60,756 nucleotides of DNA from an uncultured Thermoplasmatales archaeon (lineage in GTDB: Archaea; Thermoplasmatota; E2; UBA202; DSCA01): positions 1 to 60,756 of the forward strand of contig CAZESS010000012.1 of assembly GCA_964514975.1 (NCBI GenBank), read 5' to 3'. Below, piece by piece: positions 37,945-45,983 of the stretch. The notes beneath the pieces are model-generated. The model had not been told where the DNA came from. It was given only the letters and a program-made list of their open reading frames with translations, and did not search any database. Numbering within the stretch: position 1 is the stretch's first letter; each line of letters starts with the position of its first letter. The translations under genes and the position numbers were made by a program.

Positions 37945-38766
37945 ATGGGGAGGAAGAGTTACGACGCCCACGATGCGGTAGGCGGAACGCTCAAGTTCAT
38001 AACTTCTTCCAAGGTGAGGACGAAAATCATGCTCGGTCTGCAGCAGGAACCAAAACCGTCCGGCGTGCTGCGCGACGAAATCGGCGCGAGCGCGTCGAGC
38101 GTCATCCATGCCGCCCGCGACCTTGAAAAAAAGGAGCTGCTAGTCGAAAAAGAGGACGGGTATCATCTTACGCCCGTCGGGGGCATCGTCGCGGGCAAGC
38201 TGCACGACATCATCCACACCATGGACGTCCTCGAGCGGGCGAGGGATTTCTGGCTGACACACCAGGTCGACGGCATCCCGCAGTCATTTCTCGACCGCAT
38301 CCACGAGATCGGCGAATACGACATCTTGTCGTCGAGCGTGCGCAACATCTTCAAGACCTTCACCGTGTACCGCGAGCTCACGAAACGGGCCCGCACATTC
38401 CGGGGCGTTTCCCCGGTCTTCGTGGACGCCTTCGTGCCCATGGTGAAAAAGCTGCTGCAGAACGATGCGACGGTGCAGCTCGTGCTGACGGAGGAGGTGC
38501 TGGAGGAGCTGGTCGATCTGGACAGGGAGGAATTCCGGACGCTCCTTGGAAACAGGGAGCTTTCCATCTGGCGGCTGGACGAGGAGGTGCGGGTGGCGTT
38601 TACGGTCACTGATTCCGTGCTGGCTTTGGGGCTATTCGGCCAGGACGGGATCTATGACGCGTCTCACGACCTCGTGAGCAAAACCAAAGGGGCGATAAAT
38701 TGGGGTAGAGAGCTGTTCAAATACTACAAGAGCCGGGCGCGGCCTGTGGTATTGGAGGATATCTGA
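37945..38766 (+). CDS. Winged-helix transcriptional regulator (DUF1724/FilR1-like)
   Basis: N-terminal wHTH (S.VR.KI...YHLT..G), FWLTH...IP, VTD....GLF...G.YD, AI.WG.ELF.YY. Confidence 0.85.
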   Translation: MGRKSYDAHDAVGGTLKFITSSKVRTKIMLGLQQEPKPSGVLRDEIGASASSVIHAARDLEKKELLVEKEDGYHLTPVGGIVAGKLHDIIHTMDVLERARDFWLTHQVDGIPQSFLDRIHEIGEYDILSSSVRNIFKTFTVYRELTKRARTFRGVSPVFVDAFVPMVKKLLQNDATVQLVLTEEVLEELVDLDREEFRTLLGNRELSIWRLDEEVRVAFTVTDSVLALGLFGQDGIYDASHDLVSKTKGAINWGRELFKYYKSRARPVVLEDI

Positions 38767-38806
38767 GCGCGCTGCGGCGTGGCTCGATGTATTCATTTCG
38801 CTGCTG

Positions 38807-39622
38807 GTGTACTCACCGCTCATCGTAGCTGTGAGCAGCATGGCGGTCGCCGGCGTAGCGTGTATGCTCTATGGCATTGGGTTTCATCCGGCGCTGCTCG
38901 CCGGCGCATTCCTGGCCACCATGGGCGTGTATACGTTTAATATGGTGACGGACAGGGGCGAGGATGCGGTGAACATGCCGGGGCGGGAGCGGTATTTTTT
39001 CAGCGATACCCGACATCTGGTGGCCGTTGCCCTCGTCTCGTATGGCCTCGCCCTGGGTGTCGGCGCGATGGTGAGCTTGTTTGCCGTGCCGGTGTTGCTC
39101 GTACCGCTCGTCCTGGGCATCTTGTACAGCGTGCCCGTCGGCGTCCGACGGTTCAAGGACTGTTTCGTGGGGAAAAACGTGACGGTGTCGCTGGCCTTCG
39201 GGCTGGAGGCGGCGCTGCTGCCCGCGGTGCTGGGGTTCGACTGGCTGTTTTTCGGGTTGGTGTTTTCGTTTATCTTTGTGAAGGGCATGGTGAACACCAT
39301 CGTGTTCGACGTGCGGGACCGGCGGGGGGATGCGGCGATGGACGTCGGCACGGTTCCCGTGCGCCTTGGCTCTCATGGCACGCTGCTGCTCCTGCTGGCG
39401 CTGAACTCGCTGCTGGTGCCCTGGCTGCTGCTGGTACTGCATGCCGGGGTGTTCACGCTGTATGTGCCGGTGCTGGTGTTCAGCATCCTGTACAGCTACG
39501 GGTATGTTGTGTATCTGGGCCGCGGGGTGGAGGTGCCGAAGAGCCATTACGGGTTTTTGGTTGACGGTGAGATGGCGGTGTTGTTCGTGCTGTTCCTGGC
39601 GACGGCATGGCTGGCGGGGTAG
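38807..39622 (+). CDS. UbiA prenyltransferase family protein
   Basis: Asp-rich motifs NMVTDRGEDAVN and NTIVFDVRDRRGD, YS.P, many TM helices; start uncertain. Confidence 0.85.
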   Translation: MYSPLIVAVSSMAVAGVACMLYGIGFHPALLAGAFLATMGVYTFNMVTDRGEDAVNMPGRERYFFSDTRHLVAVALVSYGLALGVGAMVSLFAVPVLLVPLVLGILYSVPVGVRRFKDCFVGKNVTVSLAFGLEAALLPAVLGFDWLFFGLVFSFIFVKGMVNTIVFDVRDRRGDAAMDVGTVPVRLGSHGTLLLLLALNSLLVPWLLLVLHAGVFTLYVPVLVFSILYSYGYVVYLGRGVEVPKSHYGFLVDGEMAVLFVLFLATAWLAG

Positions 39623-39662
39623 CCCGAAATAATAAAATACGGGGAGGCATTCCCTGTGGTGT

Positions 39663-39755
39663 GGCCCGGGTAGTGTAGCGGCAACATAGGGGACTGTGGA
39701 TCCCCTGTCTCGGGTTCAAAATCGCTTCGAGCGTATGAAAATCCCGGCCCGGGCC
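39663..39755 (+). tRNA. tRNA-His (GTG) with encoded G-1 and a 21-nt intron at position 59/60
   Basis: GCCCGGG/CCCGGGC acceptor, GGGGA-CTGTGGA-TCCCC arm, C73 and G-1; T-loop TTCAAAT restored by removing 39721-39741. Confidence 0.9.
39721..39741 (+). other. BHB-type tRNA intron in the T-loop
   Basis: TTCA/TGAA 4-bp central helix with 3-nt bulges AAA and AAT, closed by the T-stem and a CGC-TTCGA-GCG hairpin. Confidence 0.85.
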
Positions 39756-39912
39756 TCTCTTTTCCATTTTGCCAGGTGGAGCGCTGGCTCCGGCATGGCG
39801 TTGTATCAGGAAACGTTGTATCATGGAGATATGAGAAGGGGCGGGGGGAGAGGTGGCGGGGTACGCCACCCGGGGTAGAGAGCTATTCTATTGTCCTCCC
39901 CCCAAGTTGTTT

Positions 39913-39931
39913 TGATAGCACTTTGCTATCA
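39913..39931. promoter_or_regulatory. Perfect inverted repeat TGATAGCA-N3-TGCTATCA (operator or RNA hairpin)
   Basis: Read directly; about 20 nt from TATA-like TATATAAA at 39953-39960. Confidence 0.5.
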
Positions 39932-40049
39932 TTATGTCTATAGGCAAGGCAATATATAAACGCTTCGGTTTTTCCGCCGCGCTGTCAACGCAAGAAACCA
40001 TGGACGCTGCCATCCGAAAAATAATAGTAGGGCGGCGGCATATGCCACC

Positions 40050-40922
40050 ATGAGCGACACAAAAACCCTGATGCGGAAGGGAAAAGTCAAGGAGGCATAC
40101 GACCTGCACGACGGCACGCTCGAGTTCGTGTTCACCGACAACGTCTCCGTGTTCGACAAGGTCATCCCCACCACCATCGACCACAAGGGCGAGGTGCTCT
40201 GCCGCATCTCCGCCTTCTGGTTCCAGCGGTGCGAGGACCTCGGGGTCAACACGCACTTCATCAGCGCCGAAGGAAACCGGATGCAGGTCAACAAGTTCAA
40301 CATCATCACCGACTACGACAAACTGGATGCTCGCAGCACAGGATGCATGATACCCCTCGAGGTCATCGCCCGCTACTACGTGGCCGGCTCCCTCTACGAG
40401 CGCTTCAAGGACGAGGGCATGGACTACGGCGACGAGCTGCCCGAGCCCATCGTCGAGTTCACCACCAAGTTCGAGGAATACGACCGCAAGCTCACCGAAC
40501 AGGAAGCGATGAACATCGCCAGCCTGACCCGGGAGGAGCTCGAACACATCAAGCAAACCGTCCTGGACATCGACCAGCACATGAACGACACCGTCAGACA
40601 GCGGGGGCTCATCCACGTCGACGGCAAAAAAGAGTTCGCGTTCAACGACCAGCGAAACCTCGTGCTCGTCGACACCTTTGGTACCCCCGACGAGGACCGC
40701 TTCTGGGACGCCAAAAAATACCGGCAGGGCGTGTTCGAGGAGCGCAGCAAGGAGTTCGTCCGCGCCCACTACCGCGACAGCGGCTACTACGACCGGCTCA
40801 AAAAAGCGCGCGAGCAGGACAAGCCGGAGCCGGAAATACCGCCGCTGCCTGACGACGTCGCCAGAGAAGCCAGCGAGCTCTACATCGACATCTACGAGCA
40901 GATAACCGGCGAATCATTCTAA
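40050..40922 (+). CDS. purC: SAICAR synthetase
   Basis: GKVKE.Y, D.VSVFD, IPLEVI.R.Y..GS, TTK.E, VDGKKEF, DTFGTPDEDRFW, SKEFVR. Confidence 0.95.
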   Translation: MSDTKTLMRKGKVKEAYDLHDGTLEFVFTDNVSVFDKVIPTTIDHKGEVLCRISAFWFQRCEDLGVNTHFISAEGNRMQVNKFNIITDYDKLDARSTGCMIPLEVIARYYVAGSLYERFKDEGMDYGDELPEPIVEFTTKFEEYDRKLTEQEAMNIASLTREELEHIKQTVLDIDQHMNDTVRQRGLIHVDGKKEFAFNDQRNLVLVDTFGTPDEDRFWDAKKYRQGVFEERSKEFVRAHYRDSGYYDRLKKAREQDKPEPEIPPLPDDVAREASELYIDIYEQITGESF

Positions 40923-41621
40923 CCGCTGATCGCAGATATCCTCCAGCGGGCACTCCGGGCAGCGCGGATTGCGGGCGCTACAGGTATGCCGCGCCAGAAA
41001 CCAGAACAGCTGCACCACGCGGTTCCGCTCCCCATCAGGAATACTGTTCCAGGGAAACAGGGCGGTGAGACAACGCTGCACCTCTCCGTAGGAGGCACCA
41101 TGCTCGACGAGCCCCAGCCGGAAGGCGATGCGATACATGTGCGTGTCGACCACGAAGGCCTCCCGCTGGCCGTGCACGCTGGAAAGCAGCACGTCAGCCG
41201 TCTTGGGCCCGACGCCGGGCAGCTCCAGCAGCCGCTGCCGCGCGACATCCCTGGGCAGCTCGTACACCCAGCCCAGGTCGCCGTCATACTCGTGGATGAC
41301 AAAGGCGGCGAGCTCTCTGATGCGGGCGGCCTTCACGTGATGGAGACCACCGGGCCTGATCGCTTCCGCCAGCGCCGCCTCGTCGGCGTCACGGAGCACC
41401 CCGGGCGTAACCCTGAACGCGGCGGCGAGACCACGGTAGGCGCTACGGGTGTTCGCCGATGACGTGTTCTGGGACAGCAGGGTGAACACCAGCGCGCTGA
41501 ACGGCCGTGACATCGCCTCGCGGTAACGCCGTTCGTCGTCCTCGTTCCACCAGAACTGCTCGTAGGGCTCGAGCTGCTCGAGATGGCGGCGTCCGAGCTG
41601 TTTATCCGTACATGATGCCAT
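40914..41621 (-). CDS. nth: Endonuclease III family DNA glycosylase
   Basis: LLSQNT, HhH LPGVGPKTA, VDTH, C-x6-C-x2-C-x5-C 4Fe-4S motif; start approximate. Confidence 0.88.
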   Translation of the reverse strand: MASCTDKQLGRRHLEQLEPYEQFWWNEDDERRYREAMSRPFSALVFTLLSQNTSSANTRSAYRGLAAAFRVTPGVLRDADEAALAEAIRPGGLHHVKAARIRELAAFVIHEYDGDLGWVYELPRDVARQRLLELPGVGPKTADVLLSSVHGQREAFVVDTHMYRIAFRLGLVEHGASYGEVQRCLTALFPWNSIPDGERNRVVQLFWFLARHTCSARNPRCPECPLEDICDQRLE

Positions 41622-41916
41622 GGTCTTCCTCATCGTCGTCGCCCGCGACAGGCTGCTGCTTTTTCCGCTTGATAAACGTTTCCTGATGACGCCGCCCGAC
41701 GAAGCGGATGTCATGGCGCTCCAGGCGGATATAGGTCGCATCCGGCAGTGGCTCCAATGACACGATGCCCCGTGACTGCAGCCGACGCAGCTCGAAGCGC
41801 ATCTTATCTTTGGAGAGATGCAGCTCGCGGCAGAGCTCCTCCAATGTTATCGGATAGCGCTCCTGCACGGCCCTGATGATTTTTTCCTCGATGCTGCCCG
41901 TGGTGATGTCAATCAT
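41602..41916 (-). CDS. Small winged-helix protein with acidic tail ending MYG
   Basis: wHTH pattern PITLEELCRELHLS..LRRLQSRGIV; overlaps the hypD stop codon. Confidence 0.75.
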   Translation of the reverse strand: MIDITTGSIEEKIIRAVQERYPITLEELCRELHLSKDKMRFELRRLQSRGIVSLEPLPDATYIRLERHDIRFVGRRHQETFIKRKKQQPVAGDDDEEDHGIMYG

Positions 41917-42982
41917 GGCTATACCTGAACGCGATGTTGCACGAGCCCTCACGGGAGACCATGCACGGCCCCACGGGATGACGCGGCGTACATTTTGTGC
42001 CAAACAGGGCGCATTCCTCCGGCGTGCACACGCCCCGCAACACGTCGCCGCATATACATCCTGGAGGCTCCTCGAAATCCATGTCCACCACGGGCGCCAG
42101 GATGTCCTCGTAGCGACGCGCTGCATCATGCCCGGCAAAGCGGGGGCGGAGCGCCAGTTTCGAATCAGGAATGACCGGGAAGCCGCGCCACGAGGCATCG
42201 ACGGGCTCGAAGACCTCGCCGATGGCCTGCAACGCCCGGGGGTTTCCCTCCGGGGAGACGGCACGCCGGTACTCGTTTTCCACCTCGGCACGGCCTTCAT
42301 CGACCTGCCGGGCGAGCATCCAGATGCCCATCAACACGTCGACGGGCTCAAACCCGGCGACGACCTGAGGGATGCCATGCCGGCGGGATATCTCCTCGTA
42401 GGGCGAGGTGCCGATGATGACCGAAACGTGCCCCGGGTCGATGATGCCGTCGAGGGCGACCTCGCCCGCCGCAAGGATGGCCTCGACAGCCGGCGGGATG
42501 ACCCGGTGGCAGCTCAGCACCGAAAACGTGTCCGGCAGATCGCGGAGCAGCGCAGCGGCGGTCGTCGGCGCCGTTGTCTCGAAACCGACAGCGATGAACA
42601 CAACCTCGGTCCCCCCTGTCGCTATTTTTATGGCCTCGTTGATGTCGTAGACAACGCGGACGTCGCCGCCCCCGGCCTTCACCGTCTGAAGCGACCCGGC
42701 AGCGCCGGGCACCCGGAGCATGTCCCCGAAGGTGGCGACGGTTATCCCGGCCTCGGCCAGCGCAATCGCCATCTCTATCTCCCGGGGCGTGGTCACACAG
42801 ACCGGGCAGCCCGGCCCCTGCACGATGCGGACGTCGCAGTCCTCGAGCAGGCCATCCAGGCCATGCCGGACGATGGTGTCCTGATGCGTCCCGCAGACAT
42901 GCATCGCAACCAGCGGCTTGTCGCGCTCGCGGAGCCGTTCCACCACGGTGCGGGCGAGCGCTTTATCCCTCAGCTGGAACAT
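41909..42982 (-). CDS. hypD: Hydrogenase maturation protein HypD
   Basis: HVCGTH, GPGCPVC, GFETT, PGHVS, C-terminal CICG...C..F...C.P..PVGPCMVS.EG.C. Confidence 0.96.
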   Translation of the reverse strand: MFQLRDKALARTVVERLRERDKPLVAMHVCGTHQDTIVRHGLDGLLEDCDVRIVQGPGCPVCVTTPREIEMAIALAEAGITVATFGDMLRVPGAAGSLQTVKAGGGDVRVVYDINEAIKIATGGTEVVFIAVGFETTAPTTAAALLRDLPDTFSVLSCHRVIPPAVEAILAAGEVALDGIIDPGHVSVIIGTSPYEEISRRHGIPQVVAGFEPVDVLMGIWMLARQVDEGRAEVENEYRRAVSPEGNPRALQAIGEVFEPVDASWRGFPVIPDSKLALRPRFAGHDAARRYEDILAPVVDMDFEEPPGCICGDVLRGVCTPEECALFGTKCTPRHPVGPCMVSREGSCNIAFRYSHD

Positions 42983-43352
42983 CGTCCCTCTCAATCTCGA
43001 TGTGCTTTATTAAACATTCCCGGCCCTGCCGGACATCAACGGGGCCGCCGCATTCCGGGCAGCGGAGCACCGGAAACCGGATGTGGAACTCCTTTTTTTC
43101 CTCGTAGCCGACGTCGCCCGTATACCCACAGGAGCAGGCTACCTGTGGTGCGACCCGGTTGATGACGAGATCCGCGCCATCCAGCAGGGTGCCCTCCCGC
43201 AACACCTTGAAGGCAAAGCGGAGTTGCTCCTCACCCAGAAACGTCAGCTCGCCGATGTCCAGCACCACGCGGGTGATAGCCGATGCGCCATGTTTTTTTC
43301 CTTCCTCGAGCACCGTTGCAACGATACTTGACATCGTTGAAAACTCATGCAT
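42963..43352 (-). CDS. hypA: Nickel metallochaperone HypA
   Basis: MHE start, IGELT, CSCG and CPECG, GREC. Confidence 0.93.
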   Translation of the reverse strand: MHEFSTMSSIVATVLEEGKKHGASAITRVVLDIGELTFLGEEQLRFAFKVLREGTLLDGADLVINRVAPQVACSCGYTGDVGYEEKKEFHIRFPVLRCPECGGPVDVRQGRECLIKHIEIERDDVPAEG

Positions 43353-43569
43353 GCTCTGCCTCGAGCATCTCCCGGAAAAGCTGCAGCGTCTCCTCCGCCT
43401 CCTGTTCGTCGAGAATCTGTATGGCGAAGCCGGCATGAACGATCACGTAGTCGCCCACCTCCACGTCGACCAGCGACACATCGGCCCGGCGCGTGGTGCC
43501 TTGCCCGTAGTCAACGACGGCCGTCGTCCCGTCGACGGAGCAGATCCTTCCCGGAACGGCCAAACACAT
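43345..43569 (-). CDS. hypC: Hydrogenase chaperone HypC
   Basis: MCLAVPG, VGDYVIVHAGFAI. Confidence 0.95.
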   Translation of the reverse strand: MCLAVPGRICSVDGTTAVVDYGQGTTRRADVSLVDVEVGDYVIVHAGFAIQILDEQEAEETLQLFREMLEAEHA

Positions 43570-43599
43570 GGTGGCCTCCAATATGGAGGTGGTATAAAA

Positions 43600-44067
43600 T
43601 CACTTCCATCGCACACGCCTCACCGGACCGCCGCACACCGGGCATTGCTCCGCCCCGGCATCAGCCCAGCGGCCGCACGACCTGCAGCGATACCGCCACG
43701 ACCACTGCTCGTCGATGCCCTTCTCCACCACCGCCTCATACTGGAGGGTGAGCTCGCGGGCCACGTTCTGCATCGCGTAGTCATCAGTGACCACGGTCGC
43801 ATTCCCGAGCATGGCAGCCAGGGCTAGAAGCTCTATGTCGGTGTCCGACAGGACGGGAAGGTCGCCGGTCCTGCGGGCGGCATCCCGCACCTTCTGCACC
43901 GCGCTATCAGATGGAAGCATCACGTCCAGGCCTGCTTCGCGTGCATACTGCAGCATCCGGAACGAATGACCGCCCTCCTCGAACTCGTCGATGACGCCGG
44001 GTGCCGTAACGACATTGCCGGCCTGCCATCTGCCCGAGAGAATCGCCGAGGTGTCAAGCACGCGCAT
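43600..44067 (-). CDS. nob1: Nob1 rRNA-processing endonuclease (PIN plus Zn ribbon)
   Basis: VLDTSA, TGD...LS.TD, TDDYAMQNVA, CRSCG..CPVCG. Confidence 0.92.
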   Translation of the reverse strand: MRVLDTSAILSGRWQAGNVVTAPGVIDEFEEGGHSFRMLQYAREAGLDVMLPSDSAVQKVRDAARRTGDLPVLSDTDIELLALAAMLGNATVVTDDYAMQNVARELTLQYEAVVEKGIDEQWSWRYRCRSCGRWADAGAEQCPVCGGPVRRVRWK

Positions 44068-44105
44068 GCACACAAGTATTTTAAATCACATTGATATAGA
44101 TTTGT

Positions 44106-44570
44106 ATGCAGGTCAGGATAGACGGATGGCGCAGCCACATCATGTTCTCATCGGCGCATTTCATCCCGGAATACGAAAAGTGCGGGCGGCTGCACGGGCA
44201 CACCTACGCGATTCATGCCGTCATGGAGGGCGAGCAGGACGAGATGGGCATCGTCATCGACTTCAGCCTGCTCAAAGAAACGTTGTGGGACATCGCCGAC
44301 GAGCTCGACCACTACCTGCTCATCCCCGAACGGGCGAACATCGAGCTGACACGACGCGACAGCAGCATCGAGGTCATCTTCCACGGTAAACGATACGTCC
44401 TGCCGGCCGAGGACTGCCTGCTGTTGCCGCTGCATGCGACATCGGCGGAAAACCTCGCAGCATATATCCTCAAACGGCTCCACAAAAAAATGGACATCCC
44501 GCCAGCCGTAACTGCAGTCTCCATCGGCGTCGACGAGGGCTACGGACAGGGCGCCTGGACCACGGGGTAA
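44106..44570 (+). CDS. queD: 6-carboxytetrahydropterin synthase
   Basis: FSSAH, CGRLHGHTY, DF, LDH, SAENLA. Confidence 0.92.
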   Translation: MQVRIDGWRSHIMFSSAHFIPEYEKCGRLHGHTYAIHAVMEGEQDEMGIVIDFSLLKETLWDIADELDHYLLIPERANIELTRRDSSIEVIFHGKRYVLPAEDCLLLPLHATSAENLAAYILKRLHKKMDIPPAVTAVSIGVDEGYGQGAWTTG

Positions 44571-44571
44571 C

Positions 44572-45234
44572 ATGAACGCCATCTGCCTGCTCTCCGGAGG
44601 ACTCGACTCATGCGTCACCGCCGCCATCGCCGCCAGCCAGGGCTACGAGCTCCACGCGCTCACCTTTGACTACGGGCAGCGCAGCCGGAAAGAGGTCAGA
44701 TGCGCCCGGGCGGTCGCGGAAGTGCTCGACGTGGTGGACCACCGGATAATCGACATCGACCTCCGGAGCATCGGCGGCTCCGCGCTCACAAACGACATCG
44801 ACATCCCCGAGGAAAGGCAGGAGGGCATTCCCGCGACGTATGTGCCCGCACGAAACACCATCTTTCTCAGCTACGCGCTCGCCCATGCAGAGGTAACCAT
44901 CGCCGCGAGTATTTTCATCGGCGTTACGGCGGTGGACTATTCCGGCTACCCGGACTGCCGCCCGGAATACATCGAGGCGATGCAGCGGGTCGCCGAGCTC
45001 GGAACAAAGCGAGGGATCGGAGGAAACGCCCCCCATATAGAAACGCCGGTCATCGACATGGCCAAGCACGAGATAATCCGGTGGGGCATCGAGCTGGACG
45101 CGCCATTGGAGCGCACCTGGTCATGCTACCGTGACGGCGACGTGGCATGCGGCAGATGCGACTCATGCCGGCTCCGGCTTGAGGGCTTCGCCCGGGCGGG
45201 CCTGGAGGACCCGATAGCCTATGCAGATAAATGA
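44572..45234 (+). CDS. queC: 7-cyano-7-deazaguanine synthase
   Basis: SGGLDS, YGQR, TYVPARN, YPDCR, TWSCY..CGRCDSC. Confidence 0.96.
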   Translation: MNAICLLSGGLDSCVTAAIAASQGYELHALTFDYGQRSRKEVRCARAVAEVLDVVDHRIIDIDLRSIGGSALTNDIDIPEERQEGIPATYVPARNTIFLSYALAHAEVTIAASIFIGVTAVDYSGYPDCRPEYIEAMQRVAELGTKRGIGGNAPHIETPVIDMAKHEIIRWGIELDAPLERTWSCYRDGDVACGRCDSCRLRLEGFARAGLEDPIAYADK

Positions 45235-45844
45235 AATTTTTTTCTCGCTGCAGGGCGAGGGACAAAACGTCGGATTGCCCACGATTTTCGTCCGCACCGC
45301 GGGATGCAACCTCCGGTGCCGCTACTGCGACACCACCTACGCCTACCACGAGGGAGACGAAATGACACCCGCCGGCGTCGTCGCGGCGATACAGCGATGG
45401 AGCTGCCCACGGATATGTATCACGGGCGGTGAGCCCCTGCAGCAGGATGGGTTGCTGGAGCTGGTCGACGTGCTGCTCGCCCACGGATATGCCGTCGAGG
45501 TGGAAACAAATGGCAGCCGGGACATCTCGTGGCTTACCACAAAAGAGGTCTCTGTTTCCATGGATATAAAATGCCCGTCGTCCGGCATGCATACGGAGAT
45601 GGAGATGGACAACCTGGCGCTGCTCCGTTCCCGGGACCAGCTCAAGTTCGTCATCGGCACCCGGGAAGACTACGACTACGCCCGGGATGTCCTCGAGAGA
45701 TATGCACCGGAATGCCGGGTGGTGATGCAGCCCGTCTGGGGGAGCAGCATAGCGCTTGCGGACTGGATCCTCCGGGACGAAATCGACGTTCGTTTCTCCC
45801 TGCAGCTCCACAAGATTCTGTGGGGCAATAGGAAGGGCATATGA
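45221..45844 (+). CDS. queE: 7-carboxy-7-deazaguanine synthase (radical SAM)
   Basis: EIFFSLQGEG, CNLRCRYCDT, TGGEP, ETNG, QLHK. Confidence 0.95.
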   Translation: MQINEIFFSLQGEGQNVGLPTIFVRTAGCNLRCRYCDTTYAYHEGDEMTPAGVVAAIQRWSCPRICITGGEPLQQDGLLELVDVLLAHGYAVEVETNGSRDISWLTTKEVSVSMDIKCPSSGMHTEMEMDNLALLRSRDQLKFVIGTREDYDYARDVLERYAPECRVVMQPVWGSSIALADWILRDEIDVRFSLQLHKILWGNRKGI

Positions 45845-45858
45845 TAGAAAAGCACAAT

Positions 45859-45870
45859 GTTTATATAAAA
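45859..45870 (+). promoter_or_regulatory. TATA box of the putative S-layer gene (long 5' UTR, GGAGG SD at about 45974)
   Basis: TTTATATAAAA about 115 nt before ATG; GGAGG 5 nt before ATG. Confidence 0.6.
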
Positions 45871-45983
45871 TGACGCCAATTCCATGCTAACCCCGTCTCA
45901 TAGAGGGACACCACAATGGAAAAAAAGAGAAAAGATTAAAAAAGGGGATACATTTTAGATGGCAAACCTAAAAGGAGGAAACA

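Noticed and set aside
39721-39741. tRNA-His as a pseudogene or integration scar
   Set aside because: The insert forms a BHB whose excision restores the exact T-loop, and no duplicated tRNA 3' end or integrase was seen.
44106-45844. queDCE as a dpd DNA-modification defence island
   Set aside because: No dpdA/TGT-like or restriction genes nearby; preQ0 supply for archaeosine is the simpler explanation.
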